A stretch of DNA of 64,000 nt. It comes from Flavobacteriales bacterium. GTDB lineage: Bacteria > Bacteroidota > Bacteroidia > Flavobacteriales_F > PHOS-HE28. The notes under the pieces are model-generated. The model worked only from the letters and a program-made list of their open reading frames with translations, searched no databases and had not been told where the DNA came from. Position 1 is the stretch's first letter; each line of letters opens with the position of its first letter. The stretch is from assembly GCA_046329105.1 (NCBI GenBank), contig JAXLVH010000001.1, positions 614,686-678,685 on the forward strand. Reading direction: 5' to 3'. A program made the translations under genes and the position numbers. This document shows, piece by piece, positions 1-9,869 of this stretch.

Positions 1-1
1 C

Positions 2-868
2 GTGGTCACCGCGCCGGACAGGCCCGCCGGACGTGGGCAGCAGTTGCGCATGAGTGCCGTGAAGGAGTACGCGATGGCTCACCCGGTTCTGCGCGATCGC
101 ATCCTTCAACCCGAAAAATTGAAAGATCCCGACTTCCACGCGCGTCTCGATGCGACGGGTGCATCGTTGTATGTGGTGGTCGCCTTCCGGATGCTGCCGG
201 AGGTGGTGTGGAAAAGGCCGGAGCTCGGAACGATCAACCTGCACGCCTCCTTGCTGCCCGATTATCGCGGAGCTGCTCCGATCAACTGGGCGGTGATCAA
301 TGGGGAGACCCGGACCGGGGTCACCACCTTCTTCATCCGCCAGGAGATCGATACCGGCGATGTGATCGGTCGCGAGGAGACTTCTATCGGTCCGGATGAG
401 ACCGCCGGTGAGGTGCATGACCGATTGATGGCCATCGGCGCCCGGTTGGTGGTGAGAACCGTGGGCAACATTCTTGCAGGCCGTGTATCACCCGTACCCC
501 AGTCGGACTCGCCAGCGCTCCACACGGCGCCGAAACTGACCCCGGACAATTGCCGGATCGGATGGAGCGGATCGGCCAGGAACGTGCATGATCACATCCG
601 AGGGCTCAGCCCATGGCCCGGCGCATGGTCCAAGTTGATCATCGGTGATCGGCCCGAACAACATTTCAAGATACTCAACACCCGGGTGGTCGCGAACACT
701 GGCAATGGCCAAGCAGGCCGCGTTGAATGGATCGACGAACGGTTCATCATCCACTGCGGTAGTGGAACGATCGAAGCACTGGAGTTGCAGGCCGAAGGGA
801 AGAAGCGGATGGATGCCGCTTCGTTCATTCGCGGACTACAAGGCGAACCTGTACTGCGGTTCATTTGA
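2..868 (+). CDS. fmt: Methionyl-tRNA formyltransferase (5' truncated by window edge)
   Basis: VTAPDRPAGRG, VVVAFRMLP, INLHASLLPDYRGAAPINWA, ETRTGVT, RGLSPWPGAW, LQAEGKKRM motifs. Confidence 0.97.
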   Translation: MVTAPDRPAGRGQQLRMSAVKEYAMAHPVLRDRILQPEKLKDPDFHARLDATGASLYVVVAFRMLPEVVWKRPELGTINLHASLLPDYRGAAPINWAVINGETRTGVTTFFIRQEIDTGDVIGREETSIGPDETAGEVHDRLMAIGARLVVRTVGNILAGRVSPVPQSDSPALHTAPKLTPDNCRIGWSGSARNVHDHIRGLSPWPGAWSKLIIGDRPEQHFKILNTRVVANTGNGQAGRVEWIDERFIIHCGSGTIEALELQAEGKKRMDAASFIRGLQGEPVLRFI

Positions 869-1192
869 GTGACCACATCAAGTGTGCCACACGGAACAAG
901 CAGCCAACACTCCTCATCGCAACCGCTGAACGGTTCGACGTTCAGTCGCCCGGCCGTGCGACACAGGCGATGAAGGTTGGATGGAACGCGGTGCGCGTAC
1001 GCATGATCGATCGCGGAGGTGTGGAACGGCCACCGAGCCGTTGGCCCAACACTTCGTACGAACGGCTCATGGGGTATTTTCTGAAACCCTTGATATCAGC
1101 GGCTTTCCGGCCGACTTATGAACAAAACCCCTGATTTTTCAACATTTTCCGAAGGTTCGCCCGGAAACCCTTGACAGGCGCGGTTTTCAGGA

Positions 1193-1200
1193 TAGATTCG
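1193..1200 (+). promoter_or_regulatory. Bacteroidota-type -7 promoter box (TAGATTCG) of hup, with TTG at 1171-1173 as -33
   Basis: Matches TAnnTTYG; 19-nt spacing from TTG fits the established Bacteroidetes -33/-7 architecture. Confidence 0.6.
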
Positions 1201-1241
1201 TCCCGAGTTACAAACTCAACAACAACCAACCAACCACAACC

Positions 1242-1520
1242 ATGGGCCTGAACAAAGCCGAACTGATCGAGTCGATCGCCACCGAAGCGAAGATCTCCAA
1301 AGCCGACGCCAAGCGTGCGCTGGATGCCTTCGTGAACAACACCACGAAAGCGCTGAAAAAAGGTGACCGCGTGGCCCTCGTCGGCTTCGGCACCTTCAGC
1401 ATCACCAAGCGTGCCGCCCGCAAAGGCCGCAACCCGCAGACCGGCAAAGAGATCAAGATCGCGGCCAAGAAGGTCGTGAAGTTCAAAGCCGGTGCCGACC
1501 TCAGCAACAAAGTGAAGTAA
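1242..1520 (+). CDS. hup: DNA-binding protein HU
   Basis: NKAELI...[13 protein letters not shown]...RKGRNPQTG...KFKAG signature, 92 aa. Confidence 0.97.
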   Translation: MGLNKAELIESIATEAKISKADAKRALDAFVNNTTKALKKGDRVALVGFGTFSITKRAARKGRNPQTGKEIKIAAKKVVKFKAGADLSNKVK

Positions 1521-1537
1521 GCTACGGCACTCCACCT

Positions 1538-1574
1538 GAAAAGGTCCCTCTTCATCGGGGGACCTTTTCTTTTG
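1538..1574 (+). terminator. Rho-independent terminator of hup
   Basis: GAAAAGGTCCC / GGGACCTTTTC stem followed by TTTT. Confidence 0.8.
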
Positions 1575-1645
1575 CACCCTCCGCAACCGCGGCCACCACC
1601 ACGATGTGGTGGGACGCATGACCCGACGAACCAGGAGAACAACAC

Positions 1646-2329
1646 ATGCTCACCGACGCCGAACTCTACGACCGCCTCGCCACGTTCGTATCCGACAACA
1701 AACGTGCGCTCTTCGACCGTATCGCTCCGGAACGCACGCGCCATGTGACCGTGGTACTGGAGGACATCTACCAACCGCACAACGCGAGCGCGGTGGTACG
1801 CACCTGCGATCTGCTCGGGGTCCAGGACATCCACATCATCGAGAACCGGAACAAATACGTGATGAATCCCGACGTGACGCTCGGATCCTCCAAGTGGACC
1901 GACATGCACCGCTATCGTGGGGATGGTGACAATTCACTCACGTGCGCGGAACACCTCCAGCAAGCCGGGTACCATATCGTGGCCACCAGCCCGCGTCCGG
2001 GCAGCTTCACACCGCACGACATCCCGCTGGACAAGCCCCTGGCCTTCTGCTTCGGCACCGAACTGACCGGTCTCGCCCCCGCGTTGATGGACCGTGCCGA
2101 CCTGCACATGCGGATCCCCATGTACGGCTTCACCGAGAGCTACAACATCAGCGTCAGTGCCGCCATCACCCTGTTCACGGTGATGGAACGACTGCGCACC
2201 GGTGGGGATCATTGGCGGCTCCCCGCGGATGAACTGATCGCGTTGAAACTGTCCTGGGCGCGCAAGACGGTACACAGCGCCGCCCATCTGGAAGAGCGTT
2301 TGCGCAGGGAACACGACGCTCACAGATGA
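1646..2329 (+). CDS. TrmH/SpoU family RNA 2'-O-methyltransferase
   Basis: VVLEDIYQPHNASAVVRTCD, FGTELTG, IPMYGFTESYNISVSAAI SPOUT motifs. Confidence 0.9.
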   Translation: MLTDAELYDRLATFVSDNKRALFDRIAPERTRHVTVVLEDIYQPHNASAVVRTCDLLGVQDIHIIENRNKYVMNPDVTLGSSKWTDMHRYRGDGDNSLTCAEHLQQAGYHIVATSPRPGSFTPHDIPLDKPLAFCFGTELTGLAPALMDRADLHMRIPMYGFTESYNISVSAAITLFTVMERLRTGGDHWRLPADELIALKLSWARKTVHSAAHLEERLRREHDAHR

Positions 2330-2486
2330 TGGGATCCCCGTTCTCGATGATCCTCCGCGGCCATGATCACCGGGCACCGGGATGTGATGAATTGAACATC
2401 GGTCGGTGGAGAATGTAACCTGAAGGCAACGTGCAACGTTGGAGCCCCCTGTTGACCTTTGTGTCAAACCTCAAAACCTCCAGACA

Positions 2487-2660
2487 ATGGGAAAAGGTGA
2501 CAAGAAGACGAAGAAAGGCAAGCGCACCATCGGCAGCCGTGGCAAGAGCCGCCCCGCCAAGCGCAAAGTAGTGGCCGCGAAAAAAGCGGGCGCGAAAAAA
2601 GCCGCCAAGAAAGCCGCTCCGAAGAAGAAGGCCGCCAAGAAGGCCACCAAGAAGAAGTGA
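2487..2660 (+). CDS. 30S ribosomal protein THX family with Lys/Ala-rich C-terminal tail (57 aa)
   Basis: MGKGDKKTKKGK..GS.GKSRP N-terminus is the THX signature; ATG at 2487 follows an A/C-rich leader. Confidence 0.85.
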   Translation: MGKGDKKTKKGKRTIGSRGKSRPAKRKVVAAKKAGAKKAAKKAAPKKKAAKKATKKK

Positions 2661-2678
2661 GCGGACCGCACAGAAGCA

Positions 2679-2704
2679 AAGACCCCGGCATCAGCCGGGG
2701 TCTT
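2679..2704. terminator. Hairpin between convergent thx and pdxH (likely bidirectional terminator)
   Basis: AAGACCCCGGC-ATCA-GCCGGGGTCTT perfect 11-bp stem. Confidence 0.75.
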
Positions 2705-2727
2705 CTGCATTCATACCTTTTGTTCGG

Positions 2728-3369
2728 TTACGGCTGCAACCGCATGTGCCGCCATCCGTCCGTGAAATGTTCAAATGCGATGCGGTCATGCATGCGGTCC
2801 GCACGGCCCTGCCAGAACTCGACGCGCACCGGGCGCACGCGAAGACCGCCCCAATGCTCCGGGCGCGGCACCTCTTGATCCTGGAAGCGTTCGCTCCAGC
2901 GCATGAACCGTTCGTCCAACTTCGCCCTGCTCTCCACCGGTCGGCTTTGATCGCTGCTCCACGCCCCGATGCGGCTCTCGCGGGGGCGCGAGGCGAAGTA
3001 GGCGTCGCTTTCAACGGCGGGTACCATCTCCACCTTGCCCTCGATCCGGACCTGTCGTTGCAAGCCGGGCCAGAAAAAAGTGAGTGCCGCACGGGCATCC
3101 CGCTCCAGATCCATGGCTTTGCGGCTGTTGTAGTTGGTATAAAAAACGAAACCGTCCTGGTTGAAGGAGCGCAGCAGCACGATCCGGCAACTGATACTCG
3201 CACTCCCCACCGTGGCCAGCGCCATCGCGTTGTGCTCGGGTTGTCCCGAGGCCTCCGCTTCATCAAGCCAATGGCCGAAGAGTTTGAACGGGTCCGTCCC
3301 TGCCGTCGCTTCGGTCAATTCGCCATTCTCGTACGAGCTGCGCGTCCCAACGTGTGTCGTGCCATCCAT
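2728..3369 (-). CDS. pdxH: Pyridoxamine 5'-phosphate oxidase
   Basis: NAMALAT, RIVLLR, GFVFYTNYNSRK, RQVRIEG, YFASRPRESRIGAWSS, PEHWGG, EFWQGR..RMHDR. Confidence 0.97.
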   Translation of the reverse strand: MDGTTHVGTRSSYENGELTEATAGTDPFKLFGHWLDEAEASGQPEHNAMALATVGSASISCRIVLLRSFNQDGFVFYTNYNSRKAMDLERDARAALTFFWPGLQRQVRIEGKVEMVPAVESDAYFASRPRESRIGAWSSDQSRPVESRAKLDERFMRWSERFQDQEVPRPEHWGGLRVRPVRVEFWQGRADRMHDRIAFEHFTDGWRHMRLQP

Positions 3370-3908
3370 CTTCAGCCGGTGTTACCGCGCGAAGGTATTT
3401 GCTGTTCGGCCAACCGGGAGATCGTTCATCGGGCATTCGACGCCGTGGTGTCAGGCAGGTGCAGCACGCTGGATCCACAACGGCAGTACGTGGATATACC
3501 TGGATGGCCCTTGCATAGGCCTTGCTTATCGGGATCATCGGATCCGTGTTCAACCGTGTGCCGCCATGCAACCCGTTGCGCCGCCAGTCGCATGGAGGAT
3601 CGACCCGGCGGCCCTGCTCCGGTAGAATCGCACCACGTGTAGCATCGGTCCGGTCAACCTCTCGGATCGGGGTCCCAAAATGCTTTGCGAATTGGTCCGA
3701 TCCAAATGCTCCCCCACGTCCTTTTACGTGTACCACACCACGTTGAATTACGCTGGCGCCCGCTTGCGTGATCCATCTGCTTTGTACCGCACCCATCGCC
3801 GTTCCTCGCGCCAGCACGGCCATACCTCATTTCGGGCATGGTGGTTCCGGCAGGTGTTCCTGCTTTGGGTGGTGTTGCTCGACGTACTGAACCAACAACA
3901 ACAGACCG

Positions 3909-3983
3909 ATGAAAACACATTTCAGGCTGAAGGCCGCGCTGTGCGTGGCGCTGTGTATCCCTCTATGGGGGGGGGTATTTTGA
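3909..3983 (+). other. Out-of-frame 5' segment (signal peptide) of the large T9SS gene
   Basis: ATG3909 encodes MKTHFRLKAALCVALCIPLWGG then stops at TGA3981; removing one G from the G9 run joins it in frame to 4042..8133. Confidence 0.8.
3967..3975 (+). repeat. G9 homopolymer tract in signal-peptide coding region
   Basis: ctctat-GGGGGGGGG-tattt read directly; longest homopolymer I noticed in the window. Confidence 0.9.
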
Positions 3984-4041
3984 ATCGCTCACGCCGCAGG
4001 CCAGGGGGCAGGCGGAGGCTTGGGCGATCGGGAATCAACGG

Positions 4042-7000
4042 GTGGACATGTACGGGACGCAAGCGCCCTTCCCGGTGACCGCCTTGCCGCAACACCCATT
4101 GACCGAGGAGAACACCTACCACGGCGAGATCGCCACACGATCCCAATTCGTACACACCGATGGCGATTGCCAATTGGTGATGTTCGGTATTGATGGGAAC
4201 ATCTACGACAAGGATGGTTACCTGATAGCGGATGTGGATGATGGTGATGGAAATGAGGAGGATTGCGCACAGTGCGTCGAACCGGGGGTAATGGAGATGC
4301 TGGCCATTCCAGTTCCGGATCATTGCGGGTTGTACTACATCTTGAGTGCCGGCCATCAATACGGATGGGACAGTCAAGCGGATGATTACGTGGTTCAAGG
4401 TGTCACTGCGGTGCATGCAGCGGTGTTGGACCTGACCCGGGAGAACCCGTACGATACGGACCGACTCGGCAGGCTTGTGACCCGTGATGAGATCCTTGAC
4501 ATGGATTACCCGGAGCTTTACGATTGGATGGAGACATTGATGAACACATCCATGTACGTGGCAAGTCCGAATGGTCCACCGGACATCCTGTTGCAAGCTC
4601 CGCAAGCATGCAAATCGCCGCTGGTCCTACTCCGGGCTGTGCGTAGCACGGCCTTGGGCGAAGATGGGTATTGGCTCTATGCCTCGCATGCGGGCAAGGT
4701 GGTGGAATATCGGGTCAATAGTTCGGGTATCCATTTTGTTGCCGCAATACCCACCTATCTGGATCCACTCCCCATTGGCATGACCGCTCGAAACTATTCG
4801 AGCGATGCCACCGCGATCCAAGTGGACAACGAGGTGAGATTGGCACTCACCAACGGAGGCCAACCCCTGTACGCGTACCCCGATATCGCTGGTACGTCGC
4901 CCGGCTTCGGTGCGGTGGTCATGCGTTTCAATGCGCAAACCGGTGCGCTGATCGGCAGTGTGCAAGGCCTGGCACCCGGCCAGGATGGATACCCCGATCT
5001 GGTGGATGTGAATTATGTGGCGCCGCAAGCACCAGGGCCCGGGCAGGATGGTGCCGCCGCCTGCGCCTGGTTGGATAATGGTGCCAAATTGTTGGTCACG
5101 GGCCGGGAGGTGGAAGGGAACGACTGGGTCCCCATCATGGCGGTGTACGACATGGCCACGGCCACCTGGGACGATATCCTGCCGGAATTGGGACTTCAAG
5201 GTGGAGGGGCGGACGACTACGTGCGCAGCCGCGCCCACCGCAACACCGCACCGGATGGCATCGGGGACGCTATCTACCTACCGCACCCCGCAGGTATCGC
5301 GGCCATCACGGGTGTGGATAACGGCAACTATGCATTCACTGCCGCCGTGCCCACAGTTGCACCCTGCATACCACCCGTCCTGGACCTTCTGGCGAATGTC
5401 TTGTACGAACCCCGCTTCATCAATGCCCAGGTTGCTGGCGATAACAGCGTAGAACAATACAACCGTGCCGAGTGTTGCACGTTCCGCACCACCTACGAAG
5501 GTTACAACGGCCACACCTTCCCCAACATCCCCGGCACCTACCATTGGTACCCCGATGACAACCCCTTTGGCAATTGCGGCAATGTGCTCTTCACCGGTGA
5601 TCTGATCATCCCACCGGATGTCACTCTGTTCATTCACAACATGACCCTGCGCTTCGCACCCGAGGCCCGCATGATCGTAAGGGCCAAAGGATACGTCTCG
5701 GCCATAGCATGTTACCTGACCAACGAGGATTGCCTGGGTCCGCGTTGGCCCGGGATCCGGGTAGAGGGGGATCCGAACGACCCGCTACAGAGCGAGATCC
5801 TCCAAGGCCGCCTACAGTTGTCCCATACCACGGTGGATGATGCCGTGGTGGGCGTGTGGTGCAGCAGCGACGATGGGCCAGGCCATACCGGGGGCATTGT
5901 GCGCACCTACTGGTCCACCTTCAGCAATTGCATCGTTGGTGCACGGATCGAACAATACCATCGGATCATCAATGAGGTCGAAGTGGTGAACAAATGCTCC
6001 TTCAACAGCACCAGCTTCGATGTCACACTGTCCTGGCCCGATCTGCAGGAGTTGCCCCAAGCACAGATCCACCTCTTTGATGTGAACGGCGTGGCCGTGA
6101 ACCGTTGCGACTTCTCCAACGTGTATCCTGTGGAGTTTATGGAGCCGCACCAACGCGGCGTGGGCATCCTCTCCTTCGATGCCTCCTACCGCTGCAAGGG
6201 TTTCGGCGACTATGCCAACAACCGGTTCCGCCGACTGGCCGTGGGGGCCCTGAACATCTGGAACGATCCGCTCTTCGCCAACCAGGTGGACGGCATGCAC
6301 TTCGACCGTAACTTGGTGGGCCTCTACGACATGGGCTGCCTCTACAGCATGGTCACCAACAACCGGTTCACCACCATGGCCAACACAGAGCCTGTCAGCT
6401 TCCTGAGCCTGGGCATGTACATCGATCAGAGCGCGGGCTACCTCGTGGAGCGCAACATCTTCGAGGATGTCGATCTCTCACTGCCCCACGAGGTGCACAG
6501 TGTGGGCATCTGGTTCCATGGTGACCAACCCGTAGAGAACCGGATCTACGACAACGCCTTTTACGGACTTACGTTGGGCAACGTGGCCGAGGGCGTGCAT
6601 CACCATACCACGGGGACGGTACCCCCAGTTATGACCGGGCTGCAATGGCTTTGCAACCTGTATGAGGGCGGTTTCGTCGATCAGTTCCTGCTCTCCCCGG
6701 ACGGCTCCATCAAGCAGCAGCAAGGCGTGAACAATCCGCTTGCCACCGCTGGCAACGTCTTCGTGGGCCAGAAGGATTGCCAGACCCAGTATGAGCCGGT
6801 GGTCTTCGCGGACCATGTCGATGAGTATGTGATCGACAATGTGGTGGTACCCTACGTGGTCACCTACCACTACTACGCCCACGACCAAAGCCCCGATTGC
6901 CGACCGGAGTGCGTGGAGGATGAGAACAACATTGACATTACACCGACAGGTGGATTTTACAATCTGGCTGAAGTAGAGGGAGCATTGCCGTTCAATCCGG

Positions 7001-8133
7001 CCCAACATTGCAATGGTGGCATCCTGGACGCCATTCACAAAAGCGTTCAGGAGCACCGGGCGGACTACGCGGCCAAGTACGCGCAATTGGCCAGTGCGGC
7101 CCTGGCCTGTGCCGGGCAGCTGGACAATGGCGAACGGGTGGAGGTGTTGGAAGCGATAAAGGCCGAGCCCGCTTGGCCCAGCCACCAGTTGCGCGGCTAC
7201 CTGCTGGCCCGCAGCCCGCTGAGCGAGGAGGCCATCATCACGGCCATCAACCGGGCCGAGCCCATGGACCCCTGGCACCTGACCCAGGTGCTCATCGCCA
7301 ACAGCAAACTCTCGGACCCCATCTGGGCGGCCTTGGACCACAGCGAAGCGCTGTCGCCCTTCTTCTACCAGATGGTGCTCGACCACCAGGAGGATCCCAG
7401 CATCCGCCAGATCCTGATGGAGGAGCTGGCCCTGCGCGCCTACGAGAAGGACACCGAGCAACGCCTGCTGGTGCTGGCCCTGCACGAGGACAGTACGTAC
7501 ACCGGCAAGTTGGATACCCTCCTCTCCATCCTCAGCACGGACACACTGGGGCTGGGCCGTACGGCGGCCTATCAACTGGCGCTGGCCCACGGGCGTGGCA
7601 CCGAGGCCGCCGCACTGGCAGCGGCCATGGCCGGGGATGCGCGTTTTGAGCAGCTGCTCGGCCTCGGCGCGTTGCAATTGGGCCTCGATCCCGGCTGGTC
7701 GCAGGCCGGACACAACGAGGTGATGGCCCTGCAGGACATGGCCGCCAGCGGCAAAAAGCTGGGCCGGGGCGCGGCGTGGGGCATCCTGTACGCGCTGGGC
7801 GCCACCGACAGCCTGCCCACCGGCCTGCTGCCCGTTGAGTACCGCTCGGCACGGGCGAATGAAACGGACGCCAGCACAGCGGAGCGGCCCGTGGTAGGCG
7901 CCTACCCCAACCCGGCGAAGGATCGGCTGATGATCACGTGGCCCGCTGAGGTGGACGCGGGTACCTTGGAGGTGATCGATGCCCGGGGCCGTTCGGTGCT
8001 TTCTCAAGCACTTGGATCACGTACCGGTTTTGTGGAATTGGACGTGCGCGGCTGGGCAGATGGACTGTACTTGGCGCGTGTGCTACGCGATGGCCAGGTG
8101 GTGGGTGAGACCAAATGCGCGATCGCCCGATGA
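4042..8133 (+). CDS. Large T9SS type-A CTD protein (propeller-like N-terminus, parallel beta-helix-like middle, helical region); true start probably 3909 via the G9 frameshift
   Basis: 1363-aa open frame; CTD VVGAYPNPAKD...IDARGR...GWADGLYLARV; repeated N.F/N.I beta-helix-like turns; fold calls are inference. Confidence 0.85.
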   Translation: MDMYGTQAPFPVTALPQHPLTEENTYHGEIATRSQFVHTDGDCQLVMFGIDGNIYDKDGYLIADVDDGDGNEEDCAQCVEPGVMEMLAIPVPDHCGLYYILSAGHQYGWDSQADDYVVQGVTAVHAAVLDLTRENPYDTDRLGRLVTRDEILDMDYPELYDWMETLMNTSMYVASPNGPPDILLQAPQACKSPLVLLRAVRSTALGEDGYWLYASHAGKVVEYRVNSSGIHFVAAIPTYLDPLPIGMTARNYSSDATAIQVDNEVRLALTNGGQPLYAYPDIAGTSPGFGAVVMRFNAQTGALIGSVQGLAPGQDGYPDLVDVNYVAPQAPGPGQDGAAACAWLDNGAKLLVTGREVEGNDWVPIMAVYDMATATWDDILPELGLQGGGADDYVRSRAHRNTAPDGIGDAIYLPHPAGIAAITGVDNGNYAFTAAVPTVAPCIPPVLDLLANVLYEPRFINAQVAGDNSVEQYNRAECCTFRTTYEGYNGHTFPNIPGTYHWYPDDNPFGNCGNVLFTGDLIIPPDVTLFIHNMTLRFAPEARMIVRAKGYVSAIACYLTNEDCLGPRWPGIRVEGDPNDPLQSEILQGRLQLSHTTVDDAVVGVWCSSDDGPGHTGGIVRTYWSTFSNCIVGARIEQYHRIINEVEVVNKCSFNSTSFDVTLSWPDLQELPQAQIHLFDVNGVAVNRCDFSNVYPVEFMEPHQRGVGILSFDASYRCKGFGDYANNRFRRLAVGALNIWNDPLFANQVDGMHFDRNLVGLYDMGCLYSMVTNNRFTTMANTEPVSFLSLGMYIDQSAGYLVERNIFEDVDLSLPHEVHSVGIWFHGDQPVENRIYDNAFYGLTLGNVAEGVHHHTTGTVPPVMTGLQWLCNLYEGGFVDQFLLSPDGSIKQQQGVNNPLATAGNVFVGQKDCQTQYEPVVFADHVDEYVIDNVVVPYVVTYHYYAHDQSPDCRPECVEDENNIDITPTGGFYNLAEVEGALPFNPAQHCNGGILDAIHKSVQEHRADYAAKYAQLASAALACAGQLDNGERVEVLEAIKAEPAWPSHQLRGYLLARSPLSEEAIITAINRAEPMDPWHLTQVLIANSKLSDPIWAALDHSEALSPFFYQMVLDHQEDPSIRQILMEELALRAYEKDTEQRLLVLALHEDSTYTGKLDTLLSILSTDTLGLGRTAAYQLALAHGRGTEAAALAAAMAGDARFEQLLGLGALQLGLDPGWSQAGHNEVMALQDMAASGKKLGRGAAWGILYALGATDSLPTGLLPVEYRSARANETDASTAERPVVGAYPNPAKDRLMITWPAEVDAGTLEVIDARGRSVLSQALGSRTGFVELDVRGWADGLYLARVLRDGQVVGETKCAIAR

Positions 8134-9638
8134 GGCGGGCGATCGCCATCGCGGTGTTGCTGGCAGGGAGCATATATGCTCCCTGCCAGAGCACCTTCAT
8201 CGTGCAATTCGACAGCGTTCAATCAGGCCACGATGCCAGTGGCCGGTCGATCATGGAGACCGAGAATGGACTCATCGTATTCGCGTGGCAACATTCTGAT
8301 GATGGTACTGGGCGGATGCGGGGCGCTGTGTATAAGCTGGCGCCCGATGGCACATTCTTAAGCCGATACGAGATCGGTACGGGCGAATTGACTGGATCCT
8401 ATTTCGGGCGGTGGGATCCTGTGACCCGAATGAATACCGGAGGCTTCGCTTCGATGTTCGTACGCAGTAATGGGTATGGATACAACATCGATATGATCCG
8501 GTTCGACGACAACGGGGATGTGCTTTCGTTCAATGATGTGATGGACTCTCCGCCAGAAGATTCGATCGTGGTCGGATCCCGGCAATTGCGGCAAACCGGG
8601 GATGGAGGATTCGTCCTTTGCGGTGCGTTTTCCCTTCCAGATGGATATGCCAAAGCCCTGCTGGTGAAATTGGACAGCACCGGCGCAGTCCAATGGCAGC
8701 GGACGTACGATGCGGCGGGCCAGAGCTACGATGCCATCAGCGTGGCGCAATACGTGGACGGCGGCTATGTTCTGGCCGGCTACCGCTTGCCGCAGGGCTT
8801 GAACGGACTAGGGTTCTTGATCCGTACGGACAGTGCGGGCAATGAACTTTGGCGACGGCATTTCGGCAACCAAGGTGGAGCGTGGTGCCCGGTCCGGGTG
8901 TGTGCAGATAGTGGTATCGTTGTGCTGGGTTCATACGCCGAACCGGACTGGCCATGGGATTGGTACCAATTGTTGCTTGTGAAATACGATGCACAGGGTG
9001 GTCTTCTGTGGCAGACCCGTTGCAACTACTTCCAGTACGTTACCGCGTATGACATGGAAGTATTGCCCGATCAGAGCATCATTACCTCAAGCGCGTACTC
9101 TTCCCTGATCGGTCTCACCAAGTTCAGCTCAGCGGGCGACAGTTTGTGGTGCCGTTGGTTATGGGCCATGGGCACCAATTCCTTCCATAGCGCTTACGAT
9201 GTGGAACTGGCGAGCGATGGCGGCTTCCTCCTCACCGGGCAGGTCACGCAGATGAGCGCCGGAAACCCGCACCCTGGCCAGGAGACGATCTTCGTGATCA
9301 AGACCGACAGCCTGGGCTGCGTGGTACCGGGCTGCCAGAACGTGGGCGTGCAGGAGTTCACCATCGATCTGCAGGAGCACCTGGAGGTGAGCCCCAACCC
9401 CGCCAATGACCGGGTGAACGTGCTGCTCACCCTACCCGAAACGGGTGAGGTCGAAGGCCAAGCCCGTGTATTGCTGTTGGATGCCACCGGCCGAACGGTG
9501 CTTGAACAGCCCATGCAACGGAACCTGAACCAACTACGCACCACCGTGGAGGTGAGCGCCTTGCCAGCAGGGATGTACTACTTGCACCTGCGCGATGCGA
9601 AGCGGTGGTTGGCGGGGAGCAAGCTGGTGGTGGAGTGA
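8130..9638 (+). CDS. T9SS type-A CTD protein with beta-propeller-like repeats (paralog 1)
   Basis: ATGA overlap with upstream stop; signal MRRAIAIAVLLAGSIYAPC/Q; repeats LVKLDSTGAVQW, LIRTDSAGNELW, LVKYDAQGGLLW, LTKFSSAGDSLW; CTD VSPNPAND...LPAGMYYL. Confidence 0.88.
   Translation: MRRAIAIAVLLAGSIYAPCQSTFIVQFDSVQSGHDASGRSIMETENGLIVFAWQHSDDGTGRMRGAVYKLAPDGTFLSRYEIGTGELTGSYFGRWDPVTRMNTGGFASMFVRSNGYGYNIDMIRFDDNGDVLSFNDVMDSPPEDSIVVGSRQLRQTGDGGFVLCGAFSLPDGYAKALLVKLDSTGAVQWQRTYDAAGQSYDAISVAQYVDGGYVLAGYRLPQGLNGLGFLIRTDSAGNELWRRHFGNQGGAWCPVRVCADSGIVVLGSYAEPDWPWDWYQLLLVKYDAQGGLLWQTRCNYFQYVTAYDMEVLPDQSIITSSAYSSLIGLTKFSSAGDSLWCRWLWAMGTNSFHSAYDVELASDGGFLLTGQVTQMSAGNPHPGQETIFVIKTDSLGCVVPGCQNVGVQEFTIDLQEHLEVSPNPANDRVNVLLTLPETGEVEGQARVLLLDATGRTVLEQPMQRNLNQLRTTVEVSALPAGMYYLHLRDAKRWLAGSKLVVE
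9300..9638 (+). repeat. 339-bp direct repeat, copy 1 (CTD module); copy 2 at 11031-11369
   Basis: Manual comparison: about 22 mismatches in 339 nt, with perfect blocks 9300-9373 and 9475-9598. Confidence 0.92.
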
Positions 9639-9696
9639 GAGCAGCCGTTCCTCAAATGATCCTGCCGGAAGTCGGAGACTTCCACGAGCTTTGAGC

Positions 9697-9861
9697 ATGG
9701 ATGCACAGCGCACAAGTGGCCCGCCCGTCAGCGCACATAGCCCCCCGCGCGGAACACTTGCGCGAATTCTGGAACTTGACCTGTCCCGCTTGGCCAATGG
9801 CGTGTACCAATTGACCGTGCCTGGAACGGTCGAAGAGGAACGCATCATCGTTACGCATTGA
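9697..9861 (+). pseudogene. Relic 3' end of a T9SS CTD gene
   Basis: Frame ends LELDLSRLANGVYQLTVPGTVEEERIIVTH*, like CTD termini (cf. VELDVRGWADGLYLARV of the large gene); no signal peptide or passenger. Confidence 0.55.
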
Positions 9862-9869
9862 CCATCCCC

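Noticed and set aside
865-1134. 89-aa ORF after fmt
   Set aside because: No recognisable motif; it runs up to the hup promoter region and is probably non-coding.
3370-3908. Riboswitch or ncRNA in the 540-bp pdxH/T9SS divergent gap
   Set aside because: No conserved riboswitch motif or convincing stem set found by eye; an Rfam search would be needed.
3680-4078. 132-aa ORF upstream of the large T9SS gene
   Set aside because: No family features; it overlaps the real signal-peptide segment at 3909 in another frame.
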